DNA of 64,000 bases from Felis catus (Eukaryota): positions 169,944,001-170,008,000 of the forward strand of contig NC_058368.1 of NCBI RefSeq assembly GCF_018350175.1, written 5' to 3'. The position numbers and the translations under genes were made by a program. Each line of letters starts with the position of its first letter. Position 1 is the first letter of the stretch. Under the pieces are notes generated by a model, which did not search any database, was not told the DNA's origin, and saw only the letters and a program-made list of their open reading frames with translations. Positions 1 to 12,989 of this stretch are shown here, one piece after another.

Positions 1-670
1 TTATTTCTGCTTTTGTTTCTCTTGTTTCAGGAAACATATCTAGACAAATGTTGATAATGGCCTGTGTCAAAGAAATTATTGCCTGTGCTCTCTTAGATTT
101 TTATGGTTTCACATTTAGATCTTTAGGTCTTTAATTTAGATCTCACATTTAGATCTTTAATACATTTTGAATTTATTTTTGTGTATGGTGTAAGAAAGTG
201 GCCTGGTTTTTCCTTTTGCACATAGCTGTCCAGTTTTCCAAACAAGAGGCTTTTCCCATTGCATATTCTCACATCTTTTGTAAAAAATTATTGACCATAT
301 AATTGTGGGTTATTTTCTAGGCTTTCTGTACTATACTGTTGATCTATGTTTCTATTTTTGTGCCAGTATACTGTTTTGATTACTACAGCTTTATTGTATA
401 TCTTGAAATCAGAAATTGCAATACCTCCAGTTTTGTTCTTCTTTCTCAAGGTTGCTTTGGCTATTCATGGTCTTTTGTGGTTCCATACAAATTTTAGGAT
501 TTTTTGTTCTACTTCTGTGACGAGTGCTGTTGGTATTTTGATAGGGATTACATTAAGTTTGTAGATTTCTTTGGGTAATATAAACATTTTAACAATACTT
601 GTCCTCCCAATCCACGAGCATGGAATATCATTTTGTTTGTGTCACCTTCAGTTTCTTTCATTACTGTTTT

Positions 671-881
671 TTTTTATTATTTTTTGATGTTTATTTATTT
701 TTGAGAGAGAGAGAGCACAAGCAGGGAGGGACAGAGAGAGAGGGAGACGCAAAAACCAAAGCAGTCTACAGACTTCGAGCTGTCAGCACACAGCGTGACA
801 CGGGGCTCAAACCCACTAACTATGGGATCATGACCTGAGCCAAAGTTGGATGCTTAACTGACTGAGCCATCCAGGCTCCCC
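671..881 (-). mobile_element. Can-SINE inserted in L1
   Basis: tRNA-like head, (GA)n and A-tail on the minus strand; TSD ttcattactgtttt (657-670) / ttcatcactgtttt (882-895). Confidence 0.93.
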
Positions 882-2190
882 TTCATCACTGTTTTATAGC
901 TTTTAGAGCACAGGTCTTTCACCTCCTTGGTCAAGTTTAGACCTAGGTGTTTTGTTCTTTTTGATGCAATTGTAAATGGAATTGTTCTCTTAATTTCTCT
1001 TTCTGCTACTTTGTTATTAGAAATGCAACAGATATGTGTGCATTTTGTATCCTGTGACCTTACTATTTTCATTTATCAGTTCTAGTGGTTTTTTTGATGG
1101 ACTTTTTAGGGTTTTCTATGTAGAGGATCATGTCATCTGCAAATAGTGAAAGTTTTACTTCTTCCTTACCAATTGGGATGCCTTCTTTTCCTTGTCTGAG
1201 TGCTGTGGCTAGAACTTCCAGTACTATGTTGAGTAAAAGTGGTGAGAGTGGACATCATTGTCTTGTTCCTGACCTCATGAGAGAAGCTCTCAGTTTTTTA
1301 CCACTGAGGATGATGTTACCTGTGGGTTTTCAGACATGGCCTTTATTATGTTGATGTATGTTCCCTCTTGACCTATTTTGTAGAAGATGTTTATGATAAA
1401 TTGATGATGTACTTGATGTCAAATGTAAATTGATGTCACTGGTCAATTGATGTCAAATGCTTTTTCTGCCTCTATTGAAAGGATCACATGGTTTTTACCT
1501 TTTGTCTCATTGACGTGATGAATCACCATTCATTTGTGAATATTGAACCACCCTTGCATCCAGGAATAAATCACACTTGATCATGGTGAATGATTTTTTA
1601 AATGTATTGTTGGACTCTGCTAATATTTTGTTGAGGATTTTTGCATCTATGTTCATCAAAGATAGTCGCCTGTATTTCTCTTTTTCTGTATCTTTATCTG
1701 ATTTTTGTATCAGGGAAATGCTGGTCTCATAGAATGAATTTGGAAATTTTCTTTCCTTTTCTATTTTGGGAATAGTTTAAGAAGAATAGATATGAACTCT
1801 TCTTTAAATGTTAGGTAGAATTCACCTGTGAAGCCATCTGGTCCTGGAATTTTGTTTGTTGGGAGTTTTTCATTACTGATTCAATTTCATTGCTGGTAAT
1901 CAGTCAGTTAAATTTTTCTGTTTCTTCCTGATTCACTTTCGAGTGGTGATATGTTTCTAGGTATGTATCCCTTTCTTCTAGGTTGTCCAGTTTGTTGGCA
2001 TATAGTTTTTTTATAATATCCTCTTATAATCCTTTCTATTTTTGTAGCATTGGTTGTTATTTCTTATCTTTAGCTTCTGATTTTGTTTGAGTCCTCTCTC
2101 TTTTTTGAATGAGTCTGGCTAAAAGCTTATCAATTTTGTTAATATTTTCAAAGAGCCAGCCCCTGGTTTCACTTATTTGTTCTATTTTTC

Positions 2191-2419
2191 TTTTAAGTTT
2201 TTAAAAATGTTTAGTTGAGAGAGAGAGAGAGAGAGAGTGCGCACACGCATGTGCATGTGCAAACGGGGGAGGGGCAGAGAGAGAGGAAGAAACAGAATTC
2301 GAAGCAGGCTCTAGGTTCTGAGCCATCAGCCCCTTGATGCAGGGCTTGAACCACGAACCATGGGATAATGACCTGAGCTGAAGTTAGATGCTTAACTGAC
2401 TGAGCCACCCAGGCGCCAC
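2191..2419 (-). mobile_element. Can-SINE inserted in L1
   Basis: Head ...ttaactgactgagccacccaggcgcc; TSD core tgttctatt on both sides. Confidence 0.92.
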
Positions 2420-5400
2420 TGTTCTATTGTTTTATTAGTTTCTATTTCGTTTATTTTTGCTCCAGTCTTTATTAAAGTCCTTCCTTCTACTGGCTTTGGT
2501 TTTGTTTGTTCTTCTTTTTCTAGCTCCTTTTGGTGTAGAGTTTGTTTATTTGAGATTTTTCTTGCTTCTTAGGGAGGCCTATATTGCTTGTAAACATCCC
2601 TCCTAGAACCACTTGCTACATCCCAAAGATTTGGAACCATTGTGTTTTCGTTTTCATTTGTCTCCATGTATTTTTTTGACTTCCTCTTTATTTCTTGTTT
2701 GACTCATTCATTATTTAATAGTATGTTATTTAAAATCCATGTATTTGTGTTCTTTCCAGACTTTTTCTTGTGGTTGATTTCTGGTTTCATAATGTTGTGG
2801 TTGAAAAATATGCATAATATGACTTTCATCTTTTTGAATTTGTGGAGACTTGTTCTGTGGCCTAATATGTGATCTATTCTGGAGAATATTCCATGTGCAT
2901 TTAAGAAGGATGTGCATTCTGCTGTTTTAGGAACGTTCTGAGTATATCTTTTAAATCCATCTAGTCCAATGTGACATTCAAAGCCACTATTTCTTTGTTG
3001 ATTTTCTGTTTGAATGATCTGTCCATTGATATAAGTGGGGTCTTAAAGTCTCATACTATTATTGTATTACTAGCAATTATTTCCTTTATGTTTGTTATTA
3101 GCTGCTTTATGTATTTCAGTGCTTTCGTGTTGGGTGTGTGTTTACAAACATTATATCTTACGTTGGATTGTTCCCTTCATGATTTATATAGTGTCCTTAT
3201 TTGTCTCTTGTTATAGTCTTCATTTTAAAGTCTATTTTGTTTGATATAAGAATTGCTACCCTGACTTTCTTTTCACTTCCATTGCATGATGAATGTTTTT
3301 CCATCCCTTCCCTTTTAATCTGCATGTGTCTTTATTTCTGAAATGGGTCCATTGTAGATAGCACAAAGATAGGTCTTGCTTTTTTATCCATTCTGTCACT
3401 CTGTCTTTGATGGGAGCATTTAGTTCCATTTACATTCAAAGTAAATATTGATAGGTATTACTTATTATTTTGTTATTTGTTTTGTGGTTATTTTTATACT
3501 TCTCTTGTTCTCTTCTCTCTTAGTTTGCTGGCTTTCTTTAGTGATATACTTGGATCCCTTTCTCTATTTAATTGTTATGTATATATTTCTGGTTTTTGTG
3601 GTATCTATTGTGGTTACCATTAGGTTTGTATGTAACATCTTCTTTATATAGAAGTCTCTATTAAGTTGATGGTGGCTTAAATTTGAACCCATTCTTACTT
3701 CTCTCCCCAGTTTTAAGTATATGACATCATACTTTACATCCTTTTATTTTGTGAATCTCTTGACTGATTTTTATAGACATACTTAATTTTACTGCTTTTT
3801 TACTCCCTAATTTTCTTACTTTTGCTTATGATTTTTTCTTTGTTCTCAGAGAGTCCCCTTTAGCATTTCTTGTAGGGCTGGTTTAGTGGTAATACATTCC
3901 TTTCCTTTTGTTTGGGAAACCCTTTATCTCTCCTATTCTGAATAATAGTCTTGCTGGATGGAGTATTCTTGACTGTAGGTGTTTTTTCTTTTAGAATTTT
4001 GAATATATCAGGCCACTCTCTTCTGGCCTGCAAAGCTTCCGCTGAAAAATCAGCTGCTGGTGTTAGGAGGTTTCATTTGTACGTAACTGTTTTCTTTCCT
4101 CTTGCTGCTTTTAAAAATCTCTGTATCACTACTTTTTGCCATTTTAATAACTTTGTGTCTTGATGTGGACCTCCTTGGGTTGATTTTGTTGGAGACACTC
4201 TGTGCCTCCTGATCTAGATTTCTGTTTCCTTCCCCAGATTCAGGACATTTTCAGCTGTTATTTCTTCAAATACATTTTTTGCCTTTGTTTTCTGTTCCTT
4301 CTGGAATCCCTACAATGCAAATGTTATGTTTGGTGATGTTGCTGATTTCCCTATGAGAATTTTCATTTATTATTATTTTTTCTCTATCTTGTTCAACTTG
4401 ATTGCTTTCTGTTATTTTGTCCTCCATGTTGGTGATCCATTCTTCTGCCTCCGTAGCCTACTATGTATTCCATCTACTGTATTTTTACTTTCAGTTACTG
4501 AGTTCTTCATTTATGATTGGTTCTTTTTTGTGTTTCCTATCTCTTTGCTGGGTGTCACTGAGGCTGTCCATTCTTTTCTCAAGTCCAGTGAGTATCTTTA
4601 TGACCACTACGTTAAATTCTCTATTAGGCATGTTACTTATCTTCATTTCATTTAGGTCTCTGGCTGTGATTTTTGTCCTGTTCTTTCATTTGGAACCTCA
4701 TTTTGTCTAAGTCTCTGTGTCTGCTTCTCTGTGTTAGGAAAGTCAGCTACATCTTCTACTCTTGTAAATAGTAGCCTTATGAAGAAGAGGTCCTGTATTG
4801 CCCTGCTGTACAATGGTCCCTGTTCACCAGAACCCGGTGCTTCAGGAGTGTCTCCTATGTGGGTTGTGTTTGCCCTGATGTTGTGGCTGAGCCACTTTTG
4901 TCTTCATTCCAGTCATCTGCAATGACTCTTTTTGCCTGTTGTGGCCAGGATTTGGTCTGTGTGTTGTTAGCTGGCCAGTCTGGGGTTGCCTTGGGCTTGA
5001 GTGGAGTCAGGCCAGGGGTTTGCCAGAGTTGCCGGAACAATGAACTGCAGAGTACTTTCCTTGTGTTGTCCCCTGAGAAACTTTCATTGGTGGATGGGGC
5101 CTGCAGTCAGACCTGATGTGTGTTCCAGCCCACTGCAGGGATTGCAGTTGGACTAATATGTGTGGTTCTCTTCCTCTGTCCCCAGGAGTGAGTTTGGAGT
5201 GTGCTGATCCCTGTCAGGGATGCCTGCACACTGCCAGGCCTGTGGCTCTACTTTGGATGGGTTCCAGCCAATAGTGTATTGGAGAGACAGGTCCCCAGGA
5301 GAATGTGGGGGCGTGATGCACAGTGCCAACAAGGTCTGTGTTGGTCCAGTGTACTCTCCACAGATAGAGAGTGTTGGTGCTGTGCTGGTTCTTGTAGGTG

Positions 5401-6033
5401 TCCATGTATTTAGGTTATCCAACTGAGAGGGAAATGGCACCTGCCAGCTCTTTTGTTATTGGAGAAGTCTCCCAAAGATTCTTGCCCCTCCAGCAAATGC
5501 TCTGAGATTAATAAATAAGTCTCCTTCCTGTATACCTCACGATTTTTTCCAACTGCCACTTCTATGCATATCTCAGTGGGGTTGTTTGTTGTGCTGTCTC
5601 TTAGAGGGTGGGACTCCATTTCCTATAGCCCTGTAGGCTTATCCAGATCTCAGCCTGCTGACTTAAAGTTCCAGGTGTTAAGCCCCACTGATTGTAAGAC
5701 CTCTGTTTTTCAAAGCCAAATGTTATGGGTATTCATCTTCCCCATGTGAGTCCCATATGCCTGGGGTGCCTGCTTTGGGGGTCTGTTCCTTGTTCCTCCC
5801 TCCCAGGGACAGTCCTGCCAGTCCATTTGGCTCCCGACCATGTCTTCACCCTTCCTACCTTCTTTTATGTGGCCTCTTCTCTACCTTTAGCTGTGGAGAG
5901 TCTGTTCTTTCAGTTTTTTTGGTTCATTTTCTGGGTTATTTACACTGATGTGGGTGTTACCTATTGTATCCATGGGACAAGGTGAGCTTAGAGTCCTCCT
6001 ACTCTGCCATTTTCCCTGGAAATTCTCAACATT

Positions 6034-6460
6034 TATTTTAAGTTAGGGGCCCTGGAAAATAGACCCTAACGCAGAGTTCCACTTGCATTGTTTTCACTGA
6101 GGGGCGCTCTCAGGAGCAACATTAGGGAGGTACTGAGGAAAGCAGAATTCGGCAGAGGAGATATAGAAATGCGATGCAAGTGCGGTAGAGACTTCCACCT
6201 ACTCCCCAGAGAGCTCTGGAACCCCAAAGGCCTTGCAGAAGTGGCCTAAATTGAGACAAGAGACCTGAGCCTTTATAGCCTCGGATCAACCAATCACTGG
6301 ATGTAACCTCTTCCTGGGGAGAAAGTAAAGGCCACCACCTTTAGCTGAGGGTAATTTCCAGGGAAGGACTAATCTATGAGCCCTTGGCTGGCAACACCCC
6401 TGGCAGCTGGGGAAGGAGTGTCTCAGGAGATGTGGGTGGCAGCCAACAGCAGTCACTACA
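6034..6460 (-). mobile_element. ERVL LTR, LTR16A-like (3' LTR of the relic provirus)
   Basis: Follows the recalled LTR16A consensus in reverse (gctctcaggagcaac...gcgatgca...gagctctgga...ggcagctgggg...cactaca). The purine-rich PPT-like aaaagtggac is adjacent on the minus strand at 6461-6470. Confidence 0.8.
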
Positions 6461-9450
6461 GTCCACTTTTTGTGCTACTCAGATCCACATGTTTCATACA
6501 AAAATTTCACTCCATCAGGGAAAAGCATTTCCAGGATTCTGGTTTGTTACACTCCTGGGGAACTAAAATGAGGAAATGGAGTAGCATAAACTGTAGCTTC
6601 TTGCTACTGAAGTTTATTGCAGGATGCACTTAATACTCATTTTTTTTCTCCCATATTACTCAGTTTAGATTCTCCTCAGCTAGCATCTCTTGCTAGTCTT
6701 GGAGGATTATTTGGCCAGATGACTCAAACTCTAATCAGTGAAAAGTTGGAGCCCCTGGTCACCATGCCTTCCTCAGGCCATGTTTGGCTGCATTTATTCA
6801 TTGACTGATCAAATCAGGCAGGAGAGCAAAAAAAGAAAACAAATCAATCAAACAAACAAACAAAAAAAAGGTGCTCCAGGGAGTCACCTGGATGTCCAGG
6901 TGTTCTGCCCCTCCTCCACTGTGAAACAGCTCACTTACCTCTTCCTTATGACAAGGGTCAATTCACCCTGACATGGTACTAACTCTTCCTGGCTTATTTT
7001 TCTCTTAACACAGGGGACCTGAAGCAATCAGGTGGCAGAGATAGCTTGAAGTTTAACATGATCCTTTCTGTGTCTTCTGGTAAAAGTATTTTTTTTCTTG
7101 GGAACTAGGACCTGAGACAGAGCTTAGAATTGTGGTGAGAAAATACCAGAATTCTCTGAGTGGGTCACTGGGAATAATGTTAAGCATAACTATTGTTTCT
7201 GTCTCTTGATTCTTGGACCTATGAATCTCACATATTGGGAACATAGCACTTTGTAATGGTGGTTGATTTAGGGCAAACACTCTGTTCTGGTGGGTGGGTA
7301 TCACAAGGTATCATAACGAAGATACCACAGCTGTGTATTCAAAAGGCTATGATTTATCATGTTGGGCTGAAATATGTGATAGGATTAGTGGCTTCCATAG
7401 TCATGGGCCCCATACCATACTGCTTTTGTTGTAAAAAAGTATGGGCCCCATACCATACTTCTTTTGTTGTAAAACAACATAGGCAGATGCCATGTTATAC
7501 AAGATCCTGTTTCAGTGAATCATAACTGTGAATCCTCAAATAAGCTAGCTAGCTGAGACCTTGTGGGCAAAAAAGACAAATCTATACCAGAATAAGTGTC
7601 AATTTTAGTCAAGAGGACATCCTGCCTCTTTTGACAATTCTACCAAAGTGAAAGAGGTTCAATGCAATAAACTTGCTCTTTGAGGGATTGTACCCTACCA
7701 GGGACTCAGCATTGTTTTTGCTTCTGGCACATTGGACATTTGGGAGTGGCAGAAATTAAATAGACCTTTGTGAGTGGGAGTTCCATACATAGCCAACACC
7801 CCTGTTACCAAAGTGACCTCATTAATGTATATATTTTACAGGCAGTGAAGTGGCTGGTAATGAGGCAGGTTAAAATCAGCTGGCTAAGTTGTTCTGTCTA
7901 GTTCATCAGACAGTCTCTTACATAGTGAGAAAATCTGGTGGCAATTCTCATGCAATATGAATATCTTCACCATTTGTGCCTATTTCCTTGGGTATCTGTA
8001 CATGCCTTTTTTCAAACTTCTTTGTCTCAGTCTTCCAATATTTGTCCATCCAGTCCCCATATTAATAAACCAAGCCATTCATCACTGTCAATGAGTTAGT
8101 ATTTATTATTATATCAGGCTACTTCTCCATCTACATAAAGCTGATAATTACCAGGCTCACTATTTGAAGCCTTGCCCATCAGGCGGCTTTTCTCTCACTA
8201 CTCTCTTTTAGCAACGTACCACACTAGGCCAATGGTGAAGTGGCTCATTTTTTGGCCTATACCAACATAGTCAGGCAAGCTATCCATGAATCATTCTTAC
8301 ATGTTTTTTTTTTTTCTCTCTCCTCTATAAACTGGTCATAAGGACCCCATGCCGCCATGGATGTGAGGAGAGGGACAGAGACAGTGCACCAGTGGTAGGT
8401 GTCATAGGGGTTTGTAATACCTGTATATGTGGTTAATTTATGCCCTCTGGCCTTGTTCATGCCAGTTCCTAAATGTACCTCTTCCATCTTATGAAGAATT
8501 GCTGTTGTGCCCACCCAAACTTATGACATGATGGATATAAGAGAAATCAGTTCATGATGGTTAGTCTGGCGACGTGGTCATCTGTGTTTCCTGATATTGC
8601 TCTGCCCCTCCAGGACTGAATAACATAACAGGAACTATTTTCCAAATGCTAAAACCTTGGCATATCCTTTCTCTAAGTTGCGAGTCTGCTACCGAGGCTT
8701 TCATAAATTACAAAGGGCATCTCCTTTCACAATAGATACTGCTAATGTCTGGATACTGCCTGGATCTAGCAGGTTGCATAGGCCAGACAGCAGGACTGTT
8801 TGCACTGCAGCCAGGAAATACATTAGAAGCCTTTCCCGGCTTGTCCCCTTAAGTTGGGAGCCATCTGTGTCACTAAAAAATGGTCAGAAGGGCACCTGAG
8901 TGGCTAAGTCAGTTGTTAATCATCTGACTCTTGATTTCAGCCCAGGTCATGATCTCACAAACTGTGAGATAAAGCCTCGCATTGGGCTCTGCACTGAGCA
9001 TGGAGCCTGCTTGGGAGTCTCTCTCTCTGCCCCTCCCCCATTCATGCTAGCATTCTCTCTCTTTCTCAAAATAAATGAACATAAAAAAGGAAACATTTAA
9101 AAACTTTTTAAAAATAAAAATGGCCTCACATCCAGAATTTGAACAAGGAATCATTACTTTTCATTGAGGTGACTGCCTTCAACTTCCTAATCTTTCATTT
9201 TTCTTTTCTTTTGAATGCATAAATTAAGTAGAAGACTTGTTGGCTAACATCTGTTTTTCTTCTAGCACTTCCACATTCTATATATCCCTGTGTGCCACTC
9301 TGGGCATGCCACTCATTTAGACAATTTTATCTCCCTTGCTTCTGATGGTTAAGTGCCGTTGCTTGATTTCTAGTATTCTGAGATTCCTTTCATCCCCATT
9401 GCTATGAGAAAGTAATAGCTTTTTGTATCATTAGCCCTGACCTACAAAAG
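6461..9450 (-). pseudogene. ERVL (HERV16/ERV3-16A3-like) internal relic: gag end, RT/RNaseH connection, integrase, dUTPase
   Basis: Track ORF 7053-7304 reads VFALNQPPLQSAMFPICEIHRSKNQ...IIPSDPLREF, resembling the ERVL integrase C-terminus. LPEDTERIMLNFKLSLPPDCF (~7020-7080) resembles ERVL dUTPase. CPMCQKQK (~7715-7740) resembles the integrase zinc finger. HKFGWAQQQFFIRWKRYI (~8470-8525) resembles the connection domain. ALNHQKQG (~9335-9358) resembles gag. Heavily disrupted. Confidence 0.82.
8890..9112 (+). mobile_element. Can-SINE inside the ERVL relic
   Basis: gggcacctgagtggctaagtcagtt head, (CT)n, aataaa and A-rich tail. Confidence 0.9.
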
Positions 9451-11196
9451 AAGGGCAAACTGAATTTCTCATGATTTCCATTCCTTATTATTTTAGTAAA
9501 CAGGATGGATTATATATATAAAGGACTTGCTTAAAAATTAAATATGGGGAATGAGAAAAAGAGAGGTATAGTGGGTGACTCCTAATTTTAGGCTCAAGCA
9601 AGGAGTTATGATGTAACCATTTACTTCTGCCTGGGAAAAAACTACAAGAGTAGCGGGCCTGCTGGAAAGGGAAATTGGACGAGCTTAGAAACTTGTATGT
9701 GTGGGATTTATTTCTTGACTTGAAGATAAAACTTTGCATACGACCCTGCTATATTTCAGCAGCTTATTTTTGGTTTGCTTGGTTACCCTGGTACATGAGG
9801 AAAACAATTATCTGCCCTTAATTAGAAGTTACTTACTGAGGCCTGAGTCAGAATCAAACTAACATCTGGGTTGGGAAAACATGAGGTAAAGGAAGAAGTC
9901 AGGACACGTGGCATACCTCCAGTTCTTCCCATTTCTTTCCCATATTCCATATGGCTCTGTTTCTTGGGTTTCTGGAAGCAGCTGCCTTTCAGGATTTGAC
10001 ATCTGCATGGAAAGTCATTTTGAGAAGGAGGTGGAAGAAGGTGCCACCATTGCCATTATAAATCACGGATATTCCAGGGAATTAATTAAGACACAGCCCT
10101 GAAGAGCATACTCAACTGGAAATGGATCTAATGTTATTCCAAGGCTAGAAAACCTGACCTTCTCTGCTTTACTCATTAATGGGGTGGATGGTTCTTCTTA
10201 CGGCATTGCTACAGCTTCCCTGAAAGAATTAACCATGAGATTCGAATGCTAGTGTGTCAGAAAGCTTTCCTCACACCGTGATTATGGGGGAGACTCAGCC
10301 AGCTGCCTCATTAAGAGCTTGGCTTTTAGAGCAAATTATGTCAGAGAGCAGTAAATGGTCACACCACTATACAAATGGGAAAATGAGGGAGTGAGGGGAA
10401 GTTTTTGATTTTTCTAAATTCATGTTGAAAATGCCAAAAGTGTAAAAGAGGGGTACTGGCTGATCGTGTGACCAATTACATGGAAATCTGCCCTGCGACA
10501 CAGAAAAATAGAGCAAAGAGATTGACTCTGGCAGCACCTGTGTTCATTGGCATGCTGATAAAATGATGGCAATCGGATTGAAAATAAGATCCTACAGGCA
10601 AAAGTGGTTTTTAATGGTCCAGCTCTCCACCTCTGAAAGGTTCATTTTAGCCCATTTATAAAGGATTATACAGGAAAGACCTTTCACTGGAAGCCCTTCT
10701 AGTGTCCCTCAGCCTTTCCTCAGATAAATGTTGAGGCAGCTTTCTACTTCTATTTGGGATACACTGAGTTTTTTTTTAAGTTAAAGCTCTCTTTTCTCAT
10801 TCACTAGAGATTTGGGTCTCAGATATCTTTGATGTTTTGAATTCTCCTACATTAGATGGTTTCTTACATCGTAGGAAGGTACTTTCTAATTTAGAAAAAT
10901 TTAAATTAGAAAAGATATTCTCCAAAGCAGTCAAACTCACACCTTTAAGTTACCTGAGATGGTAAACAATGTGCCATTCTCAGATGATAAAGGCCTCAAC
11001 CAATTCATACACCAGGAACGAGAAAAATAGGTGGCAGCTAAACACTGGGAATAGGGCAATTAGGATTAGAAAAATCTTTCCTCATTGTGCTCTATTTATA
11101 TTTGTTTTACAAGTCTTGTATTAAATAATTACAGACCAATTGTAAAGAAGTTAGGTCAAGAAATATGTTATTAGAAATGGTTTCTACCTTTGATGG

Positions 11197-11702
11197 TATG
11201 GCAGAGAGGATAATGGTTGCCCAAACATGTCCCCATCCCAATCTCCAGAATCTGAGAATACGCTACTTTACATGGCAAAAGGAATATTACAGATATGATT
11301 AGGGTTGAGGACTTTGAGATGGGGATATTACCCTAGATTATCTGGATGAGTCCAATGTAATCACGTGGGTCTTTAAAATGGAAGAAACCTTTCTGCCTGG
11401 GTCAGAGAGAGTTGTCACCATAGATTGAAAGGTCAGCGAGATGTGATGTTGCTAACTTTGAAGATGAAAGAAGTGGGGGAGGGGCACTAGTCAAAGAATG
11501 CAGGGAGCCTCTAGAATCTAGAAAAGGCAGGGAAATGTATTTTCCCCTAGAGCTTACAGAAGGGACGAGAGGCTTGCAGACACTCAGTGAGACCCATGTT
11601 GGATTGCTAACTTCCAGAACTGTAAGGTAATAAATGTGTCTTGTTTAAGCTGCAGAACTTGTGGCAATTTGTTAGAGTGGCAATTTTTAAGAAAAGAATG
11701 CA
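11197..11702 (+). mobile_element. MaLR solo LTR (MLT1C/D-like)
   Basis: Diagnostic MLT1 blocks: tacatggcaaaagg, gagatggggatattaccctagattatctgg, ttccagaactgtaaggtaataaatgtgtcttgtttaagc. Confidence 0.85.
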
Positions 11703-11953
11703 GGATTATATCTTTGATACATTTTACTGTAACTCTGAAAATCTTTGCATGTGTAAATATCCTCTAATCCTCAAGAGATGAAGTACAAAAGTGTGGGCAG
11801 ATGGCCATGGAGAAGCCATTTTCTTTTTTAAAACAAATTTTTATATTTTGCTGTATTTGTGATTTTAGAAATAATTCCTATCCAAAATAGAAATACTGAA
11901 AAATGAATAAAAATATAAATTACAAGAGAATATATAGGGCCTTAGAAATTTCA

Positions 11954-12166
11954 GGTTACCTGGGTGTCTCAGTTGGTTAAGGGTCTGACTTTGGTTCAGG
12001 TGATGATCTCATGGTTTATGAGTTCAAGCCCCGTGTCAGGCTCTGTGCTGATAGCTCAGAGCTTGGAGCATGCTTTGGATTCTGTATCTCCCTCTGTCTG
12101 TCCCTCCCTCTCTTGTGCTCGCTCACTCACTCTCTCAAAAATAAATAAATAAACATTTTTAAAAAA
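11954..12166 (+). mobile_element. Can-SINE
   Basis: SINE body with TSD agaaatttca (11944-11953) / agagatttca (12167-12176). Confidence 0.92.
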
Positions 12167-12424
12167 AGAGATTTCAACATTCTTTGTCAACTACTATCAG
12201 CATATTGTTATAATCCTCTTAAGTAAATACATATACACATTTGTATATGTACATATATACACAGATAAATATGTGTAAACAGAATATTTGAATTTTATTA
12301 TATATAAAGAAAAAAAACTATTTAGAATCCTTACTCTGCTCCAAGATTGATACATCTAATCAAGTGTAAAGTCTGTTTTACTGAGCCCCTTAACAGATTT
12401 GTGAATATACTTGTATACAGTTTT

Positions 12425-12800
12425 CATAGTCACCAAGCTAGAAATTTGGCAGTCATCTTACACATCTACTTCTTCCTCATTCCTCCCCCCAGTGCATCTT
12501 CAATCTCTGCCAGTGTTATAGGTTTAAGATGTTAAATCTGTTTTTCTTTCCTTCTCTATTACTACCACCCATGTCCAAGCCACCATCATAGTCTACTTGG
12601 ACTATATCATTAGCCTCCTTTGTTGTCTCATTCTGGCTCTCAAAAGCAGATCTTCACATGAATCCAGAATGATGTTTCCAAAATATGTATCAAATATCAT
12701 CCTAAGTAAATATTTCAATGATTTTCCATTGCCCTTAGGATCAGACCAAAATATCCTGAATTTGACCAAAAATGATCTGCATTGTGTGCCTTCTCCCAGC
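12425..12800 (+). mobile_element. L2 fragment
   Basis: ccaagctagaaatttggcagtcatctt...gtccaagccaccatcatagtctacttggacta matches L2 3' ORF consensus blocks. Confidence 0.75.
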
Positions 12801-12989
12801 TTCTCCAATTTTTTTCTTATGTGGCTGAATGCTTTGGGGATATTTAAAGAAGTTTTGAGATTTGTGTCTGGATCACTGTGTATAGAGAGGAAACAATGCA
12901 AGAAAAAGACCCCATGGATTAATTTTAAGAACATTTTCACCAGAGATGCCCCTGATGAAAATTGAGTTTCATACTATTTATATTTATCT

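Larger units (their letters stand above)
1..6027 (-). mobile_element. Decayed carnivore L1 (5'UTR, ORF1, most of ORF2; 3' part runs off the window start)
   Basis: Minus strand begins GAGAATTTCCAGGGAAAATGGCAGAGTAGGAGGACTCTAAGCTCACC, a typical L1 5' start. ORF1 C-terminus ECITTKPALQEMLKGTL at ~3848-3900. ORF2 endonuclease start YLSIFTLNVNG..LNAPIK at ~3407-3457. ORF2-like fragments in the track (854-1072). Many stops and frameshifts. Confidence 0.93.
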
